Shown: positions 53,857 through 64,000 of the stretch, one piece after another
How positions within the stretch are numbered: position 1 is the first letter of the stretch
Layout: the number at the start of each line of letters is the position of its first letter
Translations under genes and position numbers: made by a program
Assembly (NCBI GenBank): GCA_026025075.1
Contig: JAPEUI010000083.1
Coordinates: 1 to 64,000, forward strand
Length of the DNA: 64,000 bases
Source of the DNA: Vezdaea acicularis
Taxonomy: Eukaryota
Direction: 5' to 3'
Notes under the pieces: generated by a model
Seen by the model: the letters and a program-made list of their open reading frames with translations, nothing else
What the model was told of the DNA's origin: nothing
Databases searched by the model: none

Positions 53857-54417
53857 GGCCTGCAACACCTCTCGGTAGACTATGTGTCTTTAAGTAAATC
53901 GTTGTGAGGTCAAAGCAGTTTAGAGTTACTGCAAAAAAGCAGGACTCTTTAGGAGTTTAGTCATCGAAGGAAGGGGTCTAGAAGTACGCCAGCGGTCACT
54001 TGTAAGGCTGAGACGAGCTTCTTCACCCACCGCTACCTCGAAGTCGGTAGGGTGATGCTTTCATGTTCATGATACCACTGCATTGTACTCTTGTGTCAAT
54101 TTCACTCCGCGGTGTTTGGGAGGCCTCGAACCAAAAGGGATTCGGGACGGAATCGAGTCTCGCATAGGATGGGCAGCTTAATTCGTGCATGGCATATTTC
54201 GAGGACGGTTTTGTCAGTTTTAGCTAATCTAGTCTTCGTAACTATGCTGCCTAGAAACAGAAGTGCAGTCATTTGCATGAATTCGTGACGCTCGTCCAAG
54301 TCGTCAGTCAGATGCGAGACATGCCTGGGTATATGCAATCGCCAACCACACCAATTGTGAGATCCTATGCTGGTGCCATGCTGAGAACCGATGCAAAACA
54401 GTCTGACGCTCCCTTGA

Positions 54418-56421
54418 TTACTGGTTCCCGCTCTCCTCATCGCTGCTGATGACAATGATCTTATCCACATTATCTTTGCGCCCAGGAGTCTCAACAGCAC
54501 GCGTCGGCATATCAAGATCATATCCCAGCCAGCCGCCCTCCCACTTCCTGCCCGCCACGAACGGCACCGTCCGCATAAAAGCGCTCACATCACTGACCCA
54601 TCTCAACTGCTCAAGATAGCCCACCACAGCCTCCAACGGCCCCTTATTTATGATTCCGTCTTCGCGCTCGGAACGCTTGATGTTTCTCACGCCCACGAAC
54701 TCCGGCACCAGAAGGAGATTGTGTGGCTCCGAGCTGGCTTTTAATGCCGAGTCATCGATTAATACTGTATTGCCTTGATTCCAGCTTCCTCCACTAGCAG
54801 CTTGCGGATGCCGCGCCTGCAATGTCTTGTCCGCCCACACAGTAGTCAGTTGCTTGTAGACCTGTACCTTCTCGTGGTACTCCTCGTAATTTAGTCCTAG
54901 CGTATCACGAGCCCATTCCCCAGCGAGCAACCTGCGTTGTGCCTTGCTGAACAGCGTCTTGCAAATAGCTGCGATGTTCTTAGGTTTGACCGAGGACCAG
55001 ATTAGCACGGTGTGCGTGGCGAGTAGGTATTTCAGAAAGGGCGTTACGAAGGGCCGGGCGTCATATTTGGAGACCAGTTTGCGGTTGGGGCGGTGAAGTA
55101 TAGTGCCGTTCAGATCAAGAAGAATGAGAAGCGGTTGTGGGGCATTGAGACCAACGTGGGGAACAAGGCTTTGTGCCAAGTAGACTGGGTTCGGCGAGGG
55201 GGCAGGGCGGCTGAGCGTTGTCACGGATCCGTGGCGTTCCTGACGAGAAGGGGCTGACGAGCCGGACCAACGATTTGCTGAGGGCTGAGCATGCTCGGGC
55301 TTAGGGGAAACAGTGAGATCAATCACTTCCGTTGGTTTCAGTCGGTTGGTTGAAAGCCCCGAATTGAAGGAATTGGACAATGATGGCGATAAGTCGGGTG
55401 GAAGACGATTGTCAAGTTGTAAACTTTGTAAGGACTCAAGGGGCGTGAAACTGTGTTGATCGCCATATCCGGAGCCATAGTTCTTGGTAATTGAATTGTC
55501 ATGGCTAGCTTGGTTGAATTTCGATACCAATGGCCGTAGTGGGAGAACGTTATTGAATCGTGGATACTGGGGAGCCCCCAACGCGTTGAGGTAGGGTGGT
55601 CCAGCATGTCCAACTTTCTTATCGTGAGTGCGTTGAAAGGTTCGATGGGCTTGTGCCTGTTTCCGGGTGTGAGGAGGGTAGTATTTTCCGGGAGACTCAG
55701 ATTCTTCAAGCTTGGGCGGCTTATTGCGACCTAGTTCTGATGATGGTCGAGGCTGATGCGCACGCCTTGCGAAATCAGGACCATCTAATCCAAGCTCAGC
55801 TGGTAAATTTTGAGTCTTTGTCACCGAGAGGGTGGAGCTAATAGGTGAAATTCCTTGTGTTGCTGACTGAGGAGGATTTGCAAGTTGATTGGAGGCCAGA
55901 GTGACACCGTCGATTTGAGGGTTTGCTTTGGGCTGTCGCCGTCTTTGCTTGTGTGTAGAGTACAACTGCTGTCCTTTTCCTTGAAACTGCTGTTGTTGTA
56001 GTTGGTTCTGAGGTTTGGCTTCTTGACATACTTTCTTAGAATCTATCTTCCTGTTCTCTGCAATGCCTTCGTCATGGGAGCAAGAGCCGTCCTGAGGGGT
56101 TTCGTTGTTCATAGTAGTATTCTTAGCTATTAGGATAGCAGTCTCTAGCGTCTGTCCTCCCTTTCGTCTCACCCTCTTCTTTCGTTTCTTCTTCGTGAGA
56201 TGTTGAGAACTAGGCTGATTCAAGTCTTCAGCAGCTTTATCCATGCTGTCAAGATTAGGTACCAACGAAGGATTGACTCTACTATCTGTAGATGCAAGAG
56301 ACCCCAGATCGGAAGTGGTCATCTCCTCCAGAGGGGAGCCGAGCTGTGGGTCATTCAAAGCGTCCCTCTGTTTATCATGTTCTCGAGAGTGTAGCACAGT
56401 CTGGTTCGAGCTTGCCCTCAT
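54418..56421 (-). CDS. NIF/FCP1-homology HAD domain protein with long disordered N-terminus
   Basis: LLILLDLNGTIL, RPFV..FL, IWSS, NTVLIDDS..K..P.N. Confidence 0.88.
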   Translation of the reverse strand: MRASSNQTVLHSREHDKQRDALNDPQLGSPLEEMTTSDLGSLASTDSRVNPSLVPNLDSMDKAAEDLNQPSSQHLTKKKRKKRVRRKGGQTLETAILIAKNTTMNNETPQDGSCSHDEGIAENRKIDSKKVCQEAKPQNQLQQQQFQGKGQQLYSTHKQRRRQPKANPQIDGVTLASNQLANPPQSATQGISPISSTLSVTKTQNLPAELGLDGPDFARRAHQPRPSSELGRNKPPKLEESESPGKYYPPHTRKQAQAHRTFQRTHDKKVGHAGPPYLNALGAPQYPRFNNVLPLRPLVSKFNQASHDNSITKNYGSGYGDQHSFTPLESLQSLQLDNRLPPDLSPSLSNSFNSGLSTNRLKPTEVIDLTVSPKPEHAQPSANRWSGSSAPSRQERHGSVTTLSRPAPSPNPVYLAQSLVPHVGLNAPQPLLILLDLNGTILHRPNRKLVSKYDARPFVTPFLKYLLATHTVLIWSSVKPKNIAAICKTLFSKAQRRLLAGEWARDTLGLNYEEYHEKVQVYKQLTTVWADKTLQARHPQAASGGSWNQGNTVLIDDSALKASSEPHNLLLVPEFVGVRNIKRSEREDGIINKGPLEAVVGYLEQLRWVSDVSAFMRTVPFVAGRKWEGGWLGYDLDMPTRAVETPGRKDNVDKIIVISSDEESGNQ

Positions 56422-57094
56422 GGTGACCTATAGCTCGGCTTAGCAAATTGGGTCTGGAAGCAGCCGCAAGGACGGATCAATCCATACTATAACCTTCCTG
56501 TTACCCTTCTCGTTTGCAAGACTAGAGTGGTTTACTCTTCTTTCTTGGTTGCCTTTCAACCACCCTGCTAGATCTAGAGCCTGGCTGAGGCGTTTCTTGG
56601 GGGTTCTCGAGCACGCTGCAGGCTGGCCGTGTTTGGCTAAGAGAAGTCTGCAATAACACTGCCCGAAACCAAGAAGCACCGAACAGTCTCCCCCAAGCAT
56701 GGGAAAACCGGGCGCCTCAAGGGCAGTCACACAAGACGCACTTCTAGTAAAAACGTAAAACTTATCTCATCCAATTGATGAAACTATAGCATGTTTGCAC
56801 TATTTGCATTGTCGCCCTGCGCATATTCTGCCATTCTCACCGCCTTCGGGGAGCTGGCCATAACGGCCGAACTGTCAACCGCGCCCTAAAGCCAGCCAGC
56901 GCTTCCGGAATGCCCTAATTCCCTATGATATATGGGATGATTGACCTCCTCTACTTCTTGAATGTGCATACGCTTGGCTATGAAAAAACCCTTGTACGTC
57001 TGGCCTTTCAACTGTTGTTGCGCGTTTGGAGCTTGTTGCCTGTGCGACTCCGGCAGTTGAGCCTAGCCGAAATAGGCTTGACGCCGCCTGGCAG

Positions 57095-57109
57095 TTTCTT
57101 GAAGGTTCT
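57095..57109. promoter_or_regulatory. Heat-shock element upstream of HSP90
   Basis: Perfect nTTCnnGAAnnTTCn (tTTCttGAAggTTCt); further TTCccGAA at 57143-57150. Confidence 0.8.
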
Positions 57110-57294
57110 ATCATTTCGCGAGCCTTCTGAATATTTTAGAGCTTCCCGAAACTCATCCTTCACACAATTCTCAAGACACCTCGTCCTCTGCGAAAGTCAC
57201 AGAACTCTTTCTCCAACCTCATATTCCTTCCTCTACAGTGCTTTGTCTTACAAAGCAAGCCTCTCATCACCTCTTAGCCTTCTCACACTCAAAT

Positions 57295-57492
57295 GTAAGT
57301 GTTTTCCTCGCTCTGCTTCTTTTTGCTTCTGCAGTAGCCTTGCGGTCTTGAAGAGCAGGAAACTCTCTCAGTACCGTGGAAGCATAGTTCTTCACTGGCG
57401 CTGTTCGAGTCTCAAATGTTTCTGTGTATTGCTGTCCTTCTTCGCCTAGTCATGTCCATGGGGAAATCAAGCTGATTGCGTGTATTAATTAG
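57295..57492 (+). other. Probable 5'UTR intron of HSP90
   Basis: GTAAGT donor, GCTGAT branch-like site, TAG acceptor 28 nt upstream of the ATG. Confidence 0.65.
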
Positions 57493-57520
57493 CTGTCATA
57501 CAAATCTCCAAGTCGCAACG

Positions 57521-59692
57521 ATGGCTGGCGAGACTTTCGAGTTTCAAGCAGAGATCTCTCAGCTTCTGTCACTCATCATCAACACCGTCTACTCCAACAA
57601 GGAGATATTCTTGCGAGAACTAATCTCGAACTCTTCGGATGCTCTTGATAAAATTCGATATGAGTCGCTTTCAGACCCATCCAAGCTCGATACGGGCAAG
57701 GACCTCCGAGTTGACATCATTCCTGACAAAGAAGGCAAAACGCTCACCATTCGAGATACTGGTATTGGCATGACTAAGGCAGTAAGTGAAATCCAACAAA
57801 AGCAATATCGTGCATAATTTGATCTAATGTGTTCACAGGACCTTGTAAACAACCTTGGTACCATTGCTCGCTCCGGCACGAAGCAATTTATGGAAGCTCT
57901 CACAGCTGGTGCTGACATTTCTATGATTGGCCAGTTTGGTGTTGGGTTCTACTCTGCCTACCTCGTTGCCGACAAGGTCACTGTTATTTCCAAGCACAAT
58001 GACGATGAGCAGTACGTTTGGGAGTCAAGTGCGGGCGGCACATTTACCCTCACTCCAGACACTGAGGGAGAGCAGCTCGGACGTGGTACAAAGATGATTC
58101 TTCACCTTAAAGATGAGCAGACTGACTATCTAAACGAGTCCAAGATCAAGGAGGTTGTCAAGAAGCATTCCGAGTTCATTTCTTACCCGATCTACCTGCA
58201 TGTTCTTAAGGAGACCGAGAAGGAAGTTCCCGACGAAGATGCAGAAGAGAAAGAGGCCGAGGAGGATGAAGACAAGAAACCGAAGGTTGAAGAAGTGGAC
58301 GATGACGAAGAAGACAAAAAAGAGAAGAAGACGAAGAAGGTTAAGGAGTCAAAGATCGAAGAGGAAGAGCTTAATAAGACAAAGCCTATCTGGACAAGAA
58401 ATCCCTCTGACATATCGGCGGAGGAGTATGGCAGTTTCTACAAGTCTCTTTCGAACGACTGGGAGGATCATTTGGCGGTCAAGCATTTCTCAGTCGAAGG
58501 TCAACTTGAGTTCCGTGCCATCCTCTTCGTCCCGAAACGAGCTCCATTCGACCTTTTCGAGACCAAGAAGACCAAGAATAACATCAAGCTGTACGTGCGT
58601 CGTGTCTTTATCACAGACGATGCCACTGATCTCATTCCTGAGTGGCTGAGCTTCATCAAGGGTGTGGTCGACTCAGAAGATCTTCCTCTCAACTTGTCTC
58701 GTGAGACTCTTCAACAGAACAAGATTATGAAAGTCATCAAGAAGAACATCGTCAAGAAGACCTTGGAGCTGTTCAACGAGATCGCCGAAGACCGTGAGCA
58801 GTTCGATAAGTTCTACACGGCATTCTCCAAGAACATCAAGCTTGGCATCCACGAGGACTCTCAGAACCGACAGTCACTAGCAAAACTTCTTCGATATAAT
58901 TCAACAAAGTCGGGTGATGAACAGACCTCATTGACTGACTACATCACGCGCATGAAGGAACACCAAAAGAACATGTACTATATCACCGGCGAATCTCTCA
59001 AGGCTGTCCAGAAGTCACCTTTCCTCGACTCTCTGAAGCAAAAAGAGTTCGAAGTCTTGTTCCTTGTTGACCCGATTGACGAGTATGCCATGACTCAACT
59101 CAAGGAGTTTGAGGGTAAGAAGCTAGTTGACATCACTAAGGACTTTGAATTGGAGGAGACTGAAGAGGAGAAAAAGGAGCGTGAAGCCGAAGAGAAGGAG
59201 TTTGAGGGACTGGCAAAAGCTCTCAAGGAGGTTCTTGGTGACAAGGTTGAGAAGGTCGTCGTTTCCCACAAGCTTGTTGGCTCTCCATGTGCTATTCGAA
59301 CTGGTCAATTCGGTTGGTCCGCCAATATGGAACGTATCATGAAGGCCCAAGCTTTGCGTGATACTTCAATGTCTTCTTACATGTCTTCGAAGAAGACCTT
59401 TGAGATCTCTCCAAAGTCACCCATTATCAAGGAGCTTAAGAAGAAGGTTGAGGCAGATGGCACAAGCGATCGTACCGTGAAGTCAATCACTCAGCTCCTC
59501 TTCGAGACTTCTCTCCTAGTTTCTGGATTCACCATCGAGGAGCCGGCAGGGTTTGCAGAGCGTATTCACAAGCTTGTCTCACTCGGCTTGAATGTGGATG
59601 AAGATACCGAGCTGCCCGACGAGAAGCCAGAGGAAACAACGACGAAGGAGGGTGAAGTTGTTGGGGAGAGCGCCATGGAGGAGGTGGATTAG
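57521..59692 (+). CDS. HSP90: Heat shock protein 90
   Basis: [34 protein letters not shown], terminal MEEVD; one coding intron 57782-57838. Confidence 0.99.
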
Positions 59693-61386
59693 ACGTTGAT
59701 CATGGATATACCTGGAACGACGATGCATGATTGAAGTAGTATGACGGGCATTTTCTTGTTTCTTTGGCCTCCAAGCTTTAATGCTCTGTAGCGTTCAATC
59801 AAATCTTTGGGCCTAATCACTGCATATTCGCGGCAAGCTAGTGGTTGAGCTCAATGATTCTGACTGACGTTCAGTTCACATCTGTATTTTCTAGACTTGC
59901 ACGGGCACAGATGGCTTAAGATGGATAAAAGCATTGAATGAGAATCAATCCAAAGACCTTTCAGATTTGATTAGTTGCGCTGGTAGGGGAAGGTGACTTG
60001 TCCGTTCTCACAAAATCGTGACGCCCAAGACCATTCCTGCCCCCTGCCCTGCATACAGCTGGTTTCACCTATAATGCAACAAATGAGGCCACAGTATTTT
60101 GCTATAAGCTTGTTCCTTTCTCTCCATTTCCTCTGGTTGCAATGGTATTATACTTGCTTGCCAACTTGCTCTTCGGTATCATCACATCCTGCGCCAACAA
60201 ATTGACGCTACACTATCAGGGGCAATTTCCTCATTTTCTTCGCCCATCCGGAGCTCGAGTAATGCGCCTCCGGGTGGGGAGTATATTCCTACCAACCCTA
60301 TACATCTCTGATTGCCCTTTCCTCCGCATAGCATCGAGTGGCCTCAATTATAGAGAACTACACCCTAGGTCACACCCCAGAACCAACGACTTTTCTATGT
60401 GCTGCGTCTTCTTCTGTGATCGAGATAATGTGCCGAAGTCCTCATTGCAGGCGGGTATCGCCCTTGCCTTTCTTCCACATTCTAGATTTCTCTTTGGTTG
60501 AGTATTTTTGCAGTTCCAAGTCTGATGTCTACTCTATGTACCCGACACCGGGCCGCCTCGGCTCTGCCGAGGAGATGAAGCAGGTCAGGTTCGGCAGAGA
60601 CATGGCAATCGCCAATGCCGAAGGCCTAGGTGGCACACACTTGGAATGCAAAATGGTGCTGTTGATGGCAATTCGAGATCTCCCATGACGTGAAAAAAGT
60701 AAAAGAAATGCATTGAGCTCTGTGGTCTGTAGCTGTACAGACGGTCAAACGAGCCGTTACGTTGAACAGTTCTCCCGGGGGGGAAAGGCAGACTGCAATG
60801 GCAATACGCCCGCGCTCCGATCACGCACTACTCATCCAAGTTCTAGAGTGGCGGCGAGGGAGGGCCGGAAGTTGTGTCAAGGTGGGGGTTTAAGGGCGCA
60901 GAGTTGACGCTAAACCGAGCCATATCTATGTGGTTGGCTCGCTCCCCCGATATGATGGGGGGTCTCCCGTCCTGCGAGCTGCAACCCCAATCCGACCTTC
61001 CCTCTGTGTACCGCCTTCGACCGACCATTCAGAAGCTGCCCTCACGCACCTCATCCTGCTCCTCTCCTTCCATCGATCGTGGAATACGGCCGGAGAATGC
61101 GCTGAAGAGTCGATGAAAGATTGCCGACGACCGAAATACTTCGACCCATCGTTCCAACATCCTCGACGACGATCGCCGTTCACCATAGAGTGGATTTCGC
61201 CCAGCGTCCGTAGGCCACCTGCGGCCCCCATGACTGCGTCAATCTCAATCATTGACGACCATCTCGTTTTTTATCAACGCTCTGGTACCGTTGATTGATC
61301 GTCAGGGCCAAAGCTGAGAATATAGATACAATCCGCCTTGAAGTAAATTGCGACTTTCCACAAGATATAGGTGTCGGGTCCTTGAT

Positions 61387-63512
61387 ATGAATCAAATGTC
61401 CACACCCTCCTGGTCGCATTCGGCACATCACGATCCTATGGTTTCGGCCCCAACCGAGGATTTTGCCAGCTTTCTCGACTTGAGTGACTTTTCCATTGAC
61501 TTCGGCGATTTCGAAGCTCCCGGGCAAACCGAACAGGATCTTCAACATGATGTCTCCAACGCGATGGATACCAGCCTTGACGGGCTGGATACAACTGCTG
61601 TGGAAAGTGGGCTTCAAGACCCATCTCAGCCGATAGAAAATATGCCCAATAAGACTCGACAGTCTCTGAGAATTGCAAATAGCGGTAATATTTCCGGTCC
61701 AACTAGTATGAGTGTTCGATCGCAACCTTTCCAAGACCAGCAAATATACGATCCATCATTTAGGCACACGGCCATACCGCCAACTCCAAATAGCATCGAA
61801 CTGCAGGGCGCAGCAGCTCAATACTATCATCATCAGCTTGATCAGCAGACGAGTGCGCAGATATTACTTGAGCGCTATCAGCGGATGAGAGAGGACCAGG
61901 TGAGAAATGAGATCATCATCTAAATCTTGGCCAAAGCTTATCAGAATAGAATATGAACTTCACTCCACTTGTCTCCCCCGCAGTCACTCCTCTTGAGACA
62001 CAGTTTATTCCCGAATTCACTATTCCGGGAACTGACTTTAGTCCCTTGACTTCTCCAGCTCTTGAAGCTCAACATCAAGCCGCTCAACGTTCGGTTTACA
62101 ACAGCGGTCGAAGTTCTGATAACTCTATCGGGACTTCGCCGATTGATGCCCATGTGGACGCGGCCCACAATGATTCTGCTACCGATGGTGGTCCTGCAAG
62201 GAAGACACGACGTAAAATGCCCACTCCTAGAAACCCATCTCGGGCTGTGCGGCAGTCTCCTGCAACTCGGGGTCAACGGCGCAAACCGCCGCCCAGTGGC
62301 ATCATACCTCCGAAAGAAGTCACCGAGGTGATTGAGGATGCCCAAAGATCAGCTGGCCTCCAGTTTCACAATGGCGTGAATCAGCATAATCGCGGTCACG
62401 AAAGCTCTGGTACAGAATCCATTTCTCCAGAGCCGATCTCCGAATCTCTTATGGGGCCACCACCCGCTCCACGTCATTCGATGGAGAGATCTCCTTTCCT
62501 AGCCGCAAAATCAAGTAAGAGCCCGCGCACATCTGCCCAGGGACTGGCTTCGAGCGGACTATCCCCCGCTACTCCTGCTTCCTTGATGCGCCTACAGAAA
62601 CAACCATCGCAACCTCAAATAACAAGCAACACTTCTTCGCCAAGACAGACACGATTCCTGCCTGGCCTTGAACAGCCCATGGAAGATATGAGGCTTCCGG
62701 AGGCGGCGACCGCTACTCGCCCTACCCTCTCCCGTTTAAGCACCCAGATAGCTGATGGTCAGAGCACACCGACGCCTTCTGCAAGGACTCCAGTCTCCAG
62801 TCGTAACGGCTCCACTTCCGTTGCAACACCACTGAGTGCGTCTGAGAGCCCGCAAGTCGGCGCCATTGCCTCCCCAACAGGCTCGACGAGTTATCGAAAG
62901 CCGGATGCTAAGCAGAACGCCCGGAACAGCAAGAAACGGAATAGTTCTTCATCGGTCCATGTCTCCCCTGCACTCAGGCCTAAGGTCTCGCCCAGTATTA
63001 AGCCCCTCCTACCGGAAGGCGGTAAGTCAATCATTTCTTGCCTCTTACTCCACCACTGACAAACATCTATAGTGACTATCTCTGCGGAAACCTCTGCCCT
63101 TCTCCTTGCTACAAAGTCAAACTATCAGAACATCCTTGAAGGCACTCACCTCCCTGGCGTCGTCTACCACTCCGATCTCGCAACGAATTTGTCCTACAAA
63201 CGTACTTCCCATAAGCTGGCCGAGCAAGGCCGTCGCGACCGCATCAACACTGCCATCGAGACCATTAAGAAGATGCTACCCTCAAACGGCAAGGATGACG
63301 TCGAACACGGCAACGGCGGTTCAAGCAATAGCGTTAGCGGGACTACGAACAGCTCCAAGGCGAGCACGGTCGAAATGGCAATCGAGTACCTCAAAGACAT
63401 GCAAGTAGCCGTCAAAGACGCGAACGATCGTGCGGAGAAGGCAGAGCAACGAGCGAGGCTCGCTGAACAGAAAATTGAGGCTCTCGAGCGCGAGCGGAGG
63501 AGCAGCGCTTGA
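61387..63512 (+). CDS. PHO4: Phosphate-acquisition bHLH transcription factor (Pho4/NUC-1/PalcA)
   Basis: PPTPNSIEL, FTPLVSPAVTP, FSPLTSPAL, KSNYQNILEG, KRTSHKLAEQGRRDRIN, SKASTVEMAIEYL. Confidence 0.92.
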
Positions 63513-64000
63513 AAGCTGGGCCGAGAAAGCAATTTATGACATGATGGATGAGCTACACATGGTGCGCAAAAACCTCTTGGGTGGCCTAACTGCTTTTTCT
63601 TTGGGGATTGGCGTTTCGCGGCTATGTCCCACTTATTGTGCATCTACTAGTTATTTAGGGCATAGAGTACACGACCAGACATGAGCTCGGATTACTTCCC
63701 CTTATTTCCTCATCTTCCTCCGACTCCTCACGCTTTGCTTGACGTGGCGTTTCAGGGAACAAGTAATGGCTATGGACTAATGCCATTTGACGTAGACCTG
63801 TTAGAGAGTGTAGATACTAGGGCTTAGGTCTAAAACACATGAATACTTGCAGTCGCCGCTCGTGTCGTTGGGGCTGAATTCGTGCATGAATGCGTAAGTA
63901 GGAGATTTTTCTTGGGTATCTACCATTGTATTGGCCGTAGGGGACAATACGATTCATTGAGTTTCACTTGTTGAGGAACCCCCTGTTACTTCATACGTGC

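Noticed and set aside
59993..60910. Short ORFs between HSP90 and PHO4
   Set aside because: No motifs or convincing exon structure; treated as intergenic

Overview
Compact, intron-rich filamentous ascomycete (Pezizomycotina-type) chromosome segment. Bases 1-4111 are a nested transposon pair. The 3' half of a Ty3/gypsy chromovirus (integrase/chromodomain end, polypurine tract, ~298 bp 3' LTR) is inserted into the DDE domain of a Tc1/mariner transposase whose outer end (TA-CAGT...) is at 4109. The retroelement carries a large uninterrupted extra ORF (759 aa, no recognisable family, not env-like) between pol and the PPT, preceded by a promoter-like spacer with a plausible intron. This is the most unusual feature of the window. 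The remainder is about 26 tightly packed, mostly housekeeping genes: CLPTM1-like, LOG, SES1, Rheb, WAPL, ESS2, ELP5, Asx/DEUBAD, SEC22, VPS55, PRE5, ZUP1-like, DUF1772, P450, HAM1, FAP7, NAP1, SER3, MYO2, YPK9, a CMAS-type methyltransferase, NDUFB2, BUR1, an FCP1-like protein, HSP90 and PHO4/NUC-1. Secondary observations are a GC-AG intron in LOG and a structured, box C/D-like element in an unusually long intron of the Asx gene. All calls come from manual motif recognition; no searches were run, and CDS coordinates span introns.
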